Source: Marinilabiliales bacterium
Lineage (GTDB): Bacteria; Bacteroidota; Bacteroidia; Bacteroidales; PUMT01
Reading direction: 5' to 3'
Length of the DNA stretch: 64,000 nt
Assembly: GCA_007695015.1 (NCBI GenBank)
Contig: REEN01000063.1
Location: 37,302 to 101,301, forward strand
The translations under genes were made by a program, and so were the position numbers. Below the pieces are notes generated by a model. That model made no database searches, had not been told where the DNA came from, and was given only the letters and a program-made list of their open reading frames with translations. Shown here piece after piece: positions 7,255-17,059 of the stretch (position 1 is the first letter of the stretch; each line of letters starts with the position of its first letter).

Positions 7255-10080
7255 ATGAACCGGATCTACCTTTCACTCGCAGCCGTTTTCCTGGTTTTGG
7301 TCGCAGCCAATATCTACTATTACCACAATATTTACAGGCAACAGGTGAGTTTCCAGGAGAATATGCTGGTCCGGCAAACTGAAATATGCAGCTGGGAGAT
7401 TGAGCAGCATGTTTCAAATTTCATGAATGAACTCAACTATATCCTCTTCACCGAAGACATGTCTGAATTTTTCCGTGATCCCGAAATAATGGAAAGCAGC
7501 ATAATGAAGATGGATGTATTCTTTTCGAAATACAAACAGCTTATAACCAGTATTTCTCTATACGATAATGAACGCAATGCCTATAATGTTTTCAGAGACA
7601 GGAGCAACAACCTGGTAACCGACATATATGTTTCCCGGGTGCAGCGTGAGCTTTACGAAAAGGAGAAAATGGAAGACATCTCGGGAGAATCAGTTTTCGT
7701 GTTACCGGCGTTCAGGGACAACAGGGTTGCGGCAAACCTGGTAATACGAATAGATACAAGGCGGTATATCGAATCTGTTTTTGCAAATTTTCATATTGAG
7801 GAAACCCTCTGGCAGTGGCTGATCAACAGAGATGGCGAGATCATTTTCAGCAACTTCGGACCCGATCTTCCCGACATGGCTACGAGAGAAAATTTTGCTG
7901 AAATATGGCCGGAGCCCAACACGCCGGCAACCATAATACACAGGATTGATGACGCAGACAGAAGGCTCAGGGTAATTTCAGCCTTCTATCCTGTCAGACC
8001 CATGCAGCAGGATATGCTGGTAGTCTTCTCTCTTGACACCAGCATTGTTCTATCCTACATCATAAACAGCATTCTGACAATAGCAGCTGCAACATTCGTC
8101 GTTCTCATGGTCGTGATATTGTTCTTTACCTGGTTTATAAGGAACGAACGAAAAGACAGGTTGCGGTCGCAGGAATCTGAAAAGGCCATCAGGGAAATAT
8201 TTGAATCACTGCCGGTTGGTATAATAATAAAAAGCTCTGAGGGAAAGGTGAAGATGATCAACAGTACTGCGGCCGGAATTCTCAGCCTGGATGACCCGAA
8301 AAGTGTCATGGGCAAGGACTTTTCAAATATGTTTTTCCTTTCCCGTCATTACCCCGGCGATAAAGAACAGAATTACGAAGAGAGGACCAGTGAATACGTT
8401 TACTATGATTCCGGCGAGAACGAGGTGATCGTATATAAAAAGGAAATACCGGCAATATTTCTGGGGGAAAAGGTATGGGTTGACGCATTTATCGATATCA
8501 CTCCCATTGAGCAGGCAAGAAAAAAAGAATATATTTTCGGAGAAGCGAAGACCGAGTTCCTTAAACGGGTCAGCCACGATATCCGAAATCCGCTCAACGG
8601 TATACTCAATATAACCAATGCGTTGGAGTCTGAAATGAAACCGGAGGATGAGACGCTTGAAAAAACAGCGCTGATAAAACGTTGTTGCGAAGACATACTT
8701 TTGGTTGTTAATGACATCCTTGATTACTCAAGCCTGGAACTCAGCAAAACCATTGTGGAGGAGATCCCGTTTGTCCTTCCCGCCGAGATTGATGTTGCAG
8801 TAAGACCATTATCGGTCAAAGCTGAGGAGAAAAACCTGGTTCTTACAACAACCATTGCTGAAAATGTTCCCAAGAACATCATCAGTGATCCGTTTCACCT
8901 GCGCCAGGCACTTACCAACCTGTTGAGCAACTCCCTCAAATACACCAGCGAGGGTGAGATCAGGCTGAAAGTTGAAACCAGGAAGCAGAAAGGATCAAAT
9001 ATAATCCTTGATTTTATCATTGAAGATACCGGCAATGGTATCGGACAGGAACTGGCTGACGCTATTAACAGTGAAGGAGACCTCTGCGAGAACCTCTCTC
9101 TGCAAAGCCCCGGTCTGAAGAAGACCTGCCAGCTCATAAAGCTGATGAAGGGAGATATGAAGATCGAAAGCCCCCTTTATTCAAACCCCGAAACAGGGGG
9201 ACCGGGAACAAGGATAACTTTTTCCGTGCAGGCATACTCGAATGACATATCCGGAAAACGCCTCCTGATTGACCATATTACCGACTATAAGGATATAAAA
9301 GCGCTGGTCCTTGCCGATCCCGGAGAAGAAAAGCCGGAAATTAACAAGATGCTGCGCAAAATTGGCATTGCCTGTGATACAACAACATTCAACGAGAGTA
9401 CCATAGATACGCTGAAAAGCTACAGCAATGATGACCCTTCAATAAACTATTCAATCATAGTAATAGTGGATTCTGAAAAGAGCAATGGTTTCTCGATTGC
9501 CCGCAGCCTTCATGAGAACCATCTTGACGAAAATTACCTGATCATAATTACAAGCTCTGTAAATAAACCGGGTAACTTTGTCAAAACCAAGCGTTTTGGT
9601 GCAGATCATTACCTTATCGAACCATATGATGCTTCGGAAATATTCGATATCATTCAGAATAATTTCCTTCATGTTGCCATACCATCTGCCAAAACACAGC
9701 ATCTGAAGAAAACAAAACCGGGTCTCAGGATCCTTGTTGCAGAAGATAACCATGTTAACCAGATAGTTGCGCAATCCCTTTTCAAAAGTATTGGTTATGA
9801 GATCGATCTCGTCTCAAACGGAAAAGAAGCCGTTGAAAAAGTGCGGGAAAAAGAATATGATATAGTATTTATGGATATCCGCATGCCCGTAAAAAACGGC
9901 CTTGACGCAACGTATGAGATCCGTAAACTAGGTTACACCATGCCTGTAGTCGCCATGACCGCCAATGCTTCAGAAACCGATAAAACCGAAGCAATTGAAG
10001 TGGGAATGAACGATTTTGTGCCGAAACCCGTTCGCATTGAGCTGCTGAAAAACATCATTATAAAAAACTTTTCAGAATAA
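7255..10080 (+). CDS. hybrid sensor histidine kinase / response regulator
   Basis: Domain order: two TM segments flanking a sensor domain of about 250 aa, a PAS-like segment (IFESLPVGIIIKSSEGKVKMINSTAAGIL), an H-box (FLKRVSHDIRNPLNGI) and an HATPase (LLSNSLKYT, EDTGNGIG). A degenerate receiver-like domain follows (VIVDSE, IIITSS, YLIEPY). The C-terminal receiver is canonical (ILVAEDN, FMDIRMP, AMTAN, VPKP). Confidence 0.9.
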   Translation: MNRIYLSLAAVFLVLVAANIYYYHNIYRQQVSFQENMLVRQTEICSWEIEQHVSNFMNELNYILFTEDMSEFFRDPEIMESSIMKMDVFFSKYKQLITSISLYDNERNAYNVFRDRSNNLVTDIYVSRVQRELYEKEKMEDISGESVFVLPAFRDNRVAANLVIRIDTRRYIESVFANFHIEETLWQWLINRDGEIIFSNFGPDLPDMATRENFAEIWPEPNTPATIIHRIDDADRRLRVISAFYPVRPMQQDMLVVFSLDTSIVLSYIINSILTIAAATFVVLMVVILFFTWFIRNERKDRLRSQESEKAIREIFESLPVGIIIKSSEGKVKMINSTAAGILSLDDPKSVMGKDFSNMFFLSRHYPGDKEQNYEERTSEYVYYDSGENEVIVYKKEIPAIFLGEKVWVDAFIDITPIEQARKKEYIFGEAKTEFLKRVSHDIRNPLNGILNITNALESEMKPEDETLEKTALIKRCCEDILLVVNDILDYSSLELSKTIVEEIPFVLPAEIDVAVRPLSVKAEEKNLVLTTTIAENVPKNIISDPFHLRQALTNLLSNSLKYTSEGEIRLKVETRKQKGSNIILDFIIEDTGNGIGQELADAINSEGDLCENLSLQSPGLKKTCQLIKLMKGDMKIESPLYSNPETGGPGTRITFSVQAYSNDISGKRLLIDHITDYKDIKALVLADPGEEKPEINKMLRKIGIACDTTTFNESTIDTLKSYSNDDPSINYSIIVIVDSEKSNGFSIARSLHENHLDENYLIIITSSVNKPGNFVKTKRFGADHYLIEPYDASEIFDIIQNNFLHVAIPSAKTQHLKKTKPGLRILVAEDNHVNQIVAQSLFKSIGYEIDLVSNGKEAVEKVREKEYDIVFMDIRMPVKNGLDATYEIRKLGYTMPVVAMTANASETDKTEAIEVGMNDFVPKPVRIELLKNIIIKNFSE

Positions 10081-10086
10081 AAACCA

Positions 10087-10108
10087 GGACAGTTTATCAC
10101 CACTGTCC
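10087..10108 (+). terminator. hairpin downstream of the hybrid kinase (weak terminator candidate)
   Basis: GGACAGT-ttatcacc-ACTGTCC forms a 7-bp stem starting 7 nt after the stop codon. No U-tract follows. Confidence 0.3.
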
Positions 10109-10145
10109 CTGCGTAACTGTTATTGACTTATTGTGAGTAATTATC

Positions 10146-10153
10146 TATTTTTG
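10146..10153 (+). promoter_or_regulatory. Bacteroidota -7 promoter-like motif (TAnnTTTG)
   Basis: TATTTTTG lies 48 nt upstream of the ATG at 10201. It matches the published Bacteroides -7 consensus TAnnTTTG. Confidence 0.3.
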
Positions 10154-10200
10154 TAATAACCGGACCATTACCGGCGAAATACCACTAAATTACAGAACTG

Positions 10201-10914
10201 ATGGATGATAAAACAATAAATACCCCAGGAAGCATAACCAAGGAAGAGGACCTCATCAATGTTGAGCACAACATTCTGCCCAACACACTCGTGCTTGAGA
10301 GTGCCCACCCTTTCCCCGGATACCACGGCAGCAACCTGCCCGAAAATCCCGCACCAAACAGCATCTATATAGTTACTGCCCGGCGTTATGACGGTGAAGA
10401 CCTGTTGAGAAAGGGCAGGAAGGTCAGGAAGATCTTTCCGTCAACCTGTGACATCAGTTACGGAGAAGTACGCTTTCGCGGAAATGATTACCAATTCATT
10501 CGTGCCAGGGGCCTGGATTGTTTCGGATGTGTCCTGAAGCTGCAGGAAGCCCTCAGCGAAGAAGGCGTTGAATTTATGAAACAAAAGAAGTTCAGTGGTG
10601 AAGCGCTGATCAGACTGCAGAAATTTTTCCGGCTTGAGAAAGTCGATGACCATATATACAGGGATCTGGATGAACCCAGAATGCACTATTTTGAAATACC
10701 TGAAAAACCGGAATGGGAGTTTTTCAGGAAAATTACTTTCTACATAAGGGGTAACGTTGAAAACTATACTTATGACGCTGCATTGGGCGCCCTGTATCTT
10801 AAAGACATTGCCGATGTGGTGCGGATTTATGGAAAAGACATTACAATTGAGCAGATGCAGTTTATCAGGAAAAAATACCTGTATGAAATAGCTCATCCCG
10901 ATCACCTCGAATAA
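10201..10914 (+). CDS. hypothetical protein (no recognisable motif)
   Basis: 237-aa ORF with balanced, protein-like composition and no TM segment or signal peptide. The antisense 174-aa ORF (10441..10965) is Phe-rich and looks like a shadow frame. I recognise no family. Confidence 0.65.
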   Translation: MDDKTINTPGSITKEEDLINVEHNILPNTLVLESAHPFPGYHGSNLPENPAPNSIYIVTARRYDGEDLLRKGRKVRKIFPSTCDISYGEVRFRGNDYQFIRARGLDCFGCVLKLQEALSEEGVEFMKQKKFSGEALIRLQKFFRLEKVDDHIYRDLDEPRMHYFEIPEKPEWEFFRKITFYIRGNVENYTYDAALGALYLKDIADVVRIYGKDITIEQMQFIRKKYLYEIAHPDHLE

Positions 10915-11007
10915 CTCTGCCGGAACATTTACTCCAGCTCTTTTTGGCAGCCCCAGGGTTGCCAATCGGGCCGGGCAACCGGAATATTCAAGGGTCGCCG
11001 GTGAAGA

Positions 11008-12267
11008 TCACCGGGGTATCCTGCGGTAAAGTTTGTCAGACCGCCTGACAACAGAGGGAGTCCTGAAGGCACAATTCCCGCCCTTGCCTACCACAGATGC
11101 AGGACCGTCATCATCTCTCATCCCACCGACCTTCATCTCAATCACACCTGTGGTCGGCCCGATTATCAGGATCTCATCACCTTCTCTGACCTGCCCGTTT
11201 TCTATAAGAAACTCCGCCACCCCGAGTTTAGCGTAATAATTTGTTGCCTTGCCGGCGTATATTTTCCTGGTGGCGGCCTTCGAACCGTAAACATCGCTCC
11301 ATTCGCCAAGTGGCTGACCCAGATACCAGCCATCCCAGAATCCCCTGTTGAACACGGTACCCAGGCGCTTTTTCCATTCACCGATACGGGCCTCATCATA
11401 TGTTCCGTCAAAAACGGCATCCAGCGCCTCTGAGTAGCATTCGGTAACCGTTTTTACATATTCAGGTGAACGGGCACGACCCTCTATCTTAAGAACCGTT
11501 GCACCGGCGGCAATAATCTTGTTCAAAAAATGCACTGTCAAGAGGTCTTTTGGCGACATAATGTATTCATTATCAATCTCCAGCTCGCGCCCGCTTTCCT
11601 TTTCCCTTACCGTATAGGCCCTCCTGCAGATCTGAAGGCATGATCCGCGGTTTGCAGACAGGCCGGCTTCATGAAGGCTAAGATAGCATTTGCCGGAAAT
11701 AGCCATACAGAGTGCGCCGTGAATGAACATTTCGAGCTTCACCTTTTCACCTGTGGGACCCGTAATATTATCACGTTCAATTACATCTGAAATTTTTCTT
11801 ACCTGCTCAAGATTTAACTCCCTTGCGAGGACAATCACCGATGCATACCGTGAAAAGAATCTGACCGCCTCGCTGTTGCCAATATTGAGCTGGGTTGAAA
11901 GATGCATTTCCATTCCTTCACGGAACGCATGTTCCATTGCAGCAACATCTGACACAATAAGGGCAGAAACACCCTGTTTTTTTGCCTCTGACACGATTTC
12001 ACGCATCATGCCATGATCATCATCATACAGCATGGTATTTATTGCCAGGCACGATTTAACACCGCTTTTCCGGCACAACCGTACAATAGTGCCCAGATCA
12101 CCTGCCGAAAAGTTTCCGCTGGACCGGGATCTCATATTCAGCCTGTCAACTCCGAAATAGACAGCGCCTGCACCGGCCTGCAGGGCAGCCTGCAGTGATT
12201 CAAAAGAACCTGCGGGCGACATTATTGTCACATCCTCCCTTCTGATATTATCTGCCAGATCTGACAT
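11008..12267 (-). CDS. peptidase U32 family protein (collagenase-like)
   Basis: The N-terminal block is IMSPAGSFESLQAALQAGAGAVYFG. The U32 signature E-x-F-x-H-G-x-x-C-x4-G-x-C-x-x-S is present as EMFIHGALCMAISGKCYLS. Confidence 0.9.
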   Translation of the reverse strand: MSDLADNIRREDVTIMSPAGSFESLQAALQAGAGAVYFGVDRLNMRSRSSGNFSAGDLGTIVRLCRKSGVKSCLAINTMLYDDDHGMMREIVSEAKKQGVSALIVSDVAAMEHAFREGMEMHLSTQLNIGNSEAVRFFSRYASVIVLARELNLEQVRKISDVIERDNITGPTGEKVKLEMFIHGALCMAISGKCYLSLHEAGLSANRGSCLQICRRAYTVREKESGRELEIDNEYIMSPKDLLTVHFLNKIIAAGATVLKIEGRARSPEYVKTVTECYSEALDAVFDGTYDEARIGEWKKRLGTVFNRGFWDGWYLGQPLGEWSDVYGSKAATRKIYAGKATNYYAKLGVAEFLIENGQVREGDEILIIGPTTGVIEMKVGGMRDDDGPASVVGKGGNCAFRTPSVVRRSDKLYRRIPR

Positions 12268-12408
12268 TCAACATTCCTCTATCTGAATAAACTACCCCGC
12301 GACAGTGCCCCGAAGCATTAAATGATATTTGTTGCAACCAACCCGGAGGGTTGGGAATATGTTCCAGCGAAGCGGGTGAAACCGGCGAAGCCAATTGAAC
12401 CACATTGG

Positions 12409-13569
12409 TCACTGGCCAGCATGCAACATCACTATCCTGATGGTAGTGCCGGCATTCAGGGTTGACTGGAGCACAAAGATACGTCCTCCGTGATACTCTT
12501 CAATAATCCTCTTCGACAACGAGAGCCCAAGACCCCATCCCTTCCTCCTGGTGGTGTAACCCGGCTTGAAAATGGTTTTGAACCTACCCCTTGGTATACC
12601 CTTTCCCGTATCGCTTATATCAATATTCACCTTTCCGTTTGCAGGGGAAAGTGATATTTTCACATTGCCTTCTCCATTTATAGCATCAAGCGCATTCTTG
12701 AACACATTTTCAATAACCCATCCGAAAAGTTCTTCATTAACAGGCAGCACAACCCTGGCAGAAGGGTCATAATCCTTCTCAAACGAAATTGACTTTGGCG
12801 CCCTTTCCCGAAGATAGTCCACCGTGTTATCAAGGATAGGGACAATATCCTTCTCCTTAAGTGCCGGTCTGGAACCGATCTTCGAAAATCTTGCAGTTAT
12901 CTTCCGGAGCCTGCTGATATCCTTTTCCAGCTCACCCAGCATCCCCTCTTCATAGCCCTTCTCCCTTATCAGCTCCAGCCAGGCCATAAGCGACGAAGTG
13001 GGAGTGCCGAGCTGGTGTGCAGTCTCTTTTGACATTCCCAGCCATACCTGGTTCTGCTCAGCCTTGCGTGATACACTGAAAGCATAATAGGCAATCAGCA
13101 GGTAGAGGAATATTACAAGCAACTGTATCCATGGATACCATACCAGCCATACCAGCAACCTTGAATCCTTGTAATAGATGAATTGCTGCAAACCATCATC
13201 AAACTCTATGACTATAGGATCATTCTTGCTTTTCATGGTGGCGAGCTGCCTGCGGAGATATTCCGGATTATCAGTGCGCGAGGGATTGAGGTTACGGAAC
13301 TGCAGGATATTATCGTCATCATCGACAACCATAACAGGTACTGTTTCATTGTCAAGGATCACTCTCAGCAAGAAGGAGTAATCGGTAAGCTCCGATTCCA
13401 TATCGGTTATAGCCCTTGTGGCCTCAGCCCATAATTCCATCTTTTTCCTCTCCTCACGGGCGAGGCTTTTTACAAGGCTGTCTGTTACAAGAAGCGAGGT
13501 CACCCCAATCAGGACCGCCAGAAAAAAAAGTCCCAGTTTCCATTGCTGCTTTTTCAGGTATATCTGCAT
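12409..13569 (-). CDS. sensor histidine kinase (orphan)
   Basis: Two TM segments. H-box ETAHQLGTPTSSL, with N and G boxes FKNALDA, DTGKGIP and GWGLGLS. There is no adjacent response regulator. Confidence 0.85.
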   Translation of the reverse strand: MQIYLKKQQWKLGLFFLAVLIGVTSLLVTDSLVKSLAREERKKMELWAEATRAITDMESELTDYSFLLRVILDNETVPVMVVDDDDNILQFRNLNPSRTDNPEYLRRQLATMKSKNDPIVIEFDDGLQQFIYYKDSRLLVWLVWYPWIQLLVIFLYLLIAYYAFSVSRKAEQNQVWLGMSKETAHQLGTPTSSLMAWLELIREKGYEEGMLGELEKDISRLRKITARFSKIGSRPALKEKDIVPILDNTVDYLRERAPKSISFEKDYDPSARVVLPVNEELFGWVIENVFKNALDAINGEGNVKISLSPANGKVNIDISDTGKGIPRGRFKTIFKPGYTTRRKGWGLGLSLSKRIIEEYHGGRIFVLQSTLNAGTTIRIVMLHAGQ

Positions 13570-13587
13570 CCTGCCAAATATAATAAA

Positions 13588-16281
13588 TTATTTACCGGGC
13601 TTCTCCTCCTCATCCCATTCTATCCTGAACCGGGGCCTGTTTTCCTGTTGCCTCCGGTCAGGACCGGCTTCCCTTACGGAGGTGTCACGTGCCCTTTCAT
13701 CTTCCTCTTCCCAGATTATCCTGAAACCGGTGCTGCGTTCCGGTGTAACTTTCTCAACCCTTTCCTGCCCGCCCGAGCCAAACCATCCAAACTCCTCATT
13801 AAGAATCTGTCTTAGATTACTTCTTTCAGCGGCAATATTATCCCTTATGACTTCACGCACCGCCCGGTGGTCAAACGTAACCCGGTAATCATCAGTATTT
13901 CCTGAAACCGCAAGGTATAAGCTTGTCCTGCCAAGTCCGTCATCCTCCACTATGCCGTACTTTTCAGTTTCCGGCCTTGATCGCCTGGCCTTACCGTAAA
14001 GAACATCCGATAACAGCACCCTCATGCGGTAATCAAAATTACCGTCAAAATCGTGTGTTCCCGCGCCGCTTATATTGAAAGCCGTCGAGTTGATGTCCAT
14101 TTGCGGGATGGTCAGAAGCCGGTTACGGATAAATATCTCATTTTGCAGTGTTGAGAAACGGATATGTTGCAATTCGGAAACATCTATAAACCGCGAAAGT
14201 CCGAGAACTGGCTTAAAATCTATGAGTTCGCCATTTTCTATTACCAGCCTGCTGTCGGCGATGATCTTCTCACTGAAAACCCGAAGCTCATTGTTCCATT
14301 CAGAAACCAGTCCGACACTTCCTGAAAGGCTTCCCTTAAGATTGCTTCCGTCAATGAAGTTCTGCCCGAAATTGCCGAAAGTATCAAACATTCTGTTAAT
14401 ATCAACATCTTTGAGATCTAGTTGCGACTGCACCATAAAATCGCCATTAAGCCTCTGATAAATAACCCCATTGCCAGAAACCGATCCTTCCATTGATTCA
14501 AATTCAATAGAATTAAGGACCATCATACCAGGCCGGTAACTTAGTTTCCCGCTGAAATCAGCAGAGGAGAACTTCCTGAAATCCAGCCGTTCGATAATAA
14601 AATCGAGGTTAAGATCAACATTGCCCGGAAACTGCAGCGGCTCGGCAGCACCTGTTCCTTCACCGGCTGAAGGAATAATGTAGTTATCGAGGTTAATGCC
14701 GTGTGATCTGAAATGGCCACCAATTTTCATTACCTGGTCCTCACCAAGCAGCCAGGCAAGGCCATTCTCTATTTCCCCCTGCAGGTGAAAATGGTCCTCT
14801 CCAATATTGAACATCAGACCACTGGTTCTTAGAACCTTTCCGAAACCAAACGTACCTTCAATACCGGTGGCCCTGTATTTTCCATCCGACAATTCAATCG
14901 TTCCGTTGCTCAGGGCCAGATCACCGCCCAGGTTTAGCCCGCGCAACAATCCGATATTGAACGCACTGTTGTTTCCAATGTTTCCGGATCCTGAAATACC
15001 GGTTTTAATGCGGCCCGACATGAGATTTATGTTTGGCGGCTGATAAAAACCTGCCAGTTCTTCAAGAAGTATATCGGCTGTCAGGCTGAAATCAACTTTT
15101 GGCGAAGAGAAATCTGACAAGGTGCCTTTGCCGTGTAAAGTTCCTCTTCCCAGGGTGGAGGAAAAACTGTTCACAACAACAGATGAAGAAGTCGCATTAC
15201 GTCCGGTACCATTTGAGTAGTATCCTCTGACCCGTGCCTTGTCAATACTGATGCCGGATTTCCTGTGAAGCATTCCCCCGTTTTCTGAACTGAATGCCGC
15301 CGTGACTGCGGGAGAGGTCGTTTTTGTCACAACTCCGTTAATGGAAGCATCAAAGTCAAACTCACCTGAAAAAAGGTATTCGCCTGAGGAAAAGGCAGAG
15401 CTTGCCGGAAGCATTCCGGCTGCCGAGGCGAGATCAATATTGTAGCCCCTTACATTCAAATCGATAATACTTTCAGGATAGCTTTGATACTGGCCCGATG
15501 CCGTCAGGCTTATATTCTCAAGCATTATCGTCCCGTTTTCAATAACAAAAAGGCTGTCAGCCACATTAACAGCCACTCTGGCCTCAATTTCCCGGCTTCC
15601 GGTGAAGACGATCCCCCCGTATCTGATCTCCCTGCTGCTACCTGAAGCAATGCCACTTAACCTGTAACGGGAACTCCCAATCTGCCCCTTCATATACATC
15701 CTGTCAACGCTTAGGTCAAAACCAACATTTTTCAGGTTGTTAAGGAACTTAATCCGATAATCATTGAATCGCACATCCTGAAGGTCTATACTTAAATTCC
15801 CGGCAGAAGAAGTGTCCTCTTTCCAGAAACGATAATTCTCCTTCTGATTGTCATTTACAGCCAGGATAAGCCGGCCGCCGTTGGCATGTATACTGTTTAT
15901 GGTATAGACTCCCCTGAAGATGTCTTTCATGTTAAAGCGCATGTGCAAATTCCGGGCAGTAAAAAGGGTGTCTCCTTCGCCGGGTTCGCTGTTCCCCGTT
16001 CTGAAATCATCAGGGGCCATGATCACAATATCACGAAACTCCACTGATGCATGAGGAAATCTCCTGAGTACGGAAAATGACAGATCGCCGACCACTATAA
16101 CAGTATTGACATTACGGTTAATGCCCTCGACAATCATCCGCTTTACATCATCCTGGTACCGGTGGGCAATTATCAGACCCGCCACTCCGACTGCAACAAT
16201 GACACAAATCAGTACTGCCAGAAAATATTTGAAAACTCGCAACATTAAGATGGTATTACCAGGATTTACGAATAAACGCAA
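13588..16281 (-). CDS. AsmA-like large envelope protein
   Basis: N-terminal membrane anchor; the start is more likely the ATG at 16245 (MLRVFKYFLAV...). It has a long Gly/Ser/Asn-rich beta-type body of about 850 aa and a charged C-terminal tail. The name rests on general resemblance to the AsmA/TamB-like family. Confidence 0.7.
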   Translation of the reverse strand: MRLFVNPGNTILMLRVFKYFLAVLICVIVAVGVAGLIIAHRYQDDVKRMIVEGINRNVNTVIVVGDLSFSVLRRFPHASVEFRDIVIMAPDDFRTGNSEPGEGDTLFTARNLHMRFNMKDIFRGVYTINSIHANGGRLILAVNDNQKENYRFWKEDTSSAGNLSIDLQDVRFNDYRIKFLNNLKNVGFDLSVDRMYMKGQIGSSRYRLSGIASGSSREIRYGGIVFTGSREIEARVAVNVADSLFVIENGTIMLENISLTASGQYQSYPESIIDLNVRGYNIDLASAAGMLPASSAFSSGEYLFSGEFDFDASINGVVTKTTSPAVTAAFSSENGGMLHRKSGISIDKARVRGYYSNGTGRNATSSSVVVNSFSSTLGRGTLHGKGTLSDFSSPKVDFSLTADILLEELAGFYQPPNINLMSGRIKTGISGSGNIGNNSAFNIGLLRGLNLGGDLALSNGTIELSDGKYRATGIEGTFGFGKVLRTSGLMFNIGEDHFHLQGEIENGLAWLLGEDQVMKIGGHFRSHGINLDNYIIPSAGEGTGAAEPLQFPGNVDLNLDFIIERLDFRKFSSADFSGKLSYRPGMMVLNSIEFESMEGSVSGNGVIYQRLNGDFMVQSQLDLKDVDINRMFDTFGNFGQNFIDGSNLKGSLSGSVGLVSEWNNELRVFSEKIIADSRLVIENGELIDFKPVLGLSRFIDVSELQHIRFSTLQNEIFIRNRLLTIPQMDINSTAFNISGAGTHDFDGNFDYRMRVLLSDVLYGKARRSRPETEKYGIVEDDGLGRTSLYLAVSGNTDDYRVTFDHRAVREVIRDNIAAERSNLRQILNEEFGWFGSGGQERVEKVTPERSTGFRIIWEEEDERARDTSVREAGPDRRQQENRPRFRIEWDEEEKPGK

Positions 16282-16332
16282 TTCTCAGGCCAAAAGTATT
16301 GACATATCAGATCATATTTTGTTGCTGACACC

Positions 16333-17037
16333 TCAAAGAAGGAAGGAGGCATCATCATCCGGACCAAGTTCGACCGGGTTGCTGCCATATTTGAATACCC
16401 TCATATTTCGGCTGCCGATTAGCCTTATGGAACCATTTTCGATCAGGAGCATAGTGCCTTCCCTTAGCCCGACAACATATTTCTGACGGTTTAATTCGGT
16501 ATACTCGGCAATTCTCATTTCACGGGTCTCTCCGGCATGACCATCGGGATTTGCATCAAGATAGTGCGGATTTATCTGGAATTTCACCAGGTTGAACATT
16601 TCAAAAGAGGAGGGCTGGACAACAGGCATATCATTTGTAGTACAGATGGTGGGGCACGCCACATTGGCTCCGGCGCTCCATCCGATATAAGGTGTTCCTG
16701 ACATTACACACTCCCTTATAAGTTCAGGAAGCCCGTGCCGGTGCAGCTGTTCTGCAAGCCTGAAGGTGTTACCGCCACCAACAACAATCGCTTCTGCGTC
16801 TTTGACTGCAGCGGCGGGATCGCTAAAGTGATGTATCGAAACAACGTCATGGCCGGCCTGGTTGAAGCGTTCCTTAACCTTCTTTTCATATTCATCCCAC
16901 GTGACCGTAACCCCGGCCCAGGGAATAAAAAGCGCCTTTACCGGTGATGTGCCAAGAAAATCCCTTATATTGCCCAAGGGATACTGCAGGTATTCCTCCC
17001 CGGCATTGGTTGAATTACTTATAAGCAGTAGCTTCAT
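16333..17037 (-). CDS. pepE: dipeptidase E (peptidase S51)
   Basis: Close by-eye match to E. coli PepE along its length: LLLISNST, FIPWAGVTVTWDEY, VVGGGNTFRL, YIGWSAGANVACPTICTTNDMPVV, QINPHY, GHAGETRE. Confidence 0.93.
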   Translation of the reverse strand: MKLLLISNSTNAGEEYLQYPLGNIRDFLGTSPVKALFIPWAGVTVTWDEYEKKVKERFNQAGHDVVSIHHFSDPAAAVKDAEAIVVGGGNTFRLAEQLHRHGLPELIRECVMSGTPYIGWSAGANVACPTICTTNDMPVVQPSSFEMFNLVKFQINPHYLDANPDGHAGETREMRIAEYTELNRQKYVVGLREGTMLLIENGSIRLIGSRNMRVFKYGSNPVELGPDDDASFLL

Positions 17038-17059
17038 AATAATCTGTTGACTTTATTTA

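Noticed and set aside
6972-7382. ORFs 6972..7166 (-) and 7005..7382 (+) in the rsgA/kinase intergenic region
   Set aside because: Both run through the GC-rich direct repeats, which are stop-poor because of their GC content. Their sequences are Cys/Arg/Ala-rich and odd, and one overlaps the start of the well-supported kinase gene.
10441-10965. 174-aa minus-strand ORF opposite the orphan 237-aa gene
   Set aside because: Its Phe/Ile-rich composition is typical of an antisense frame. The plus-strand ORF has a better start context, a promoter-like motif and protein-like composition. This choice is still inference.
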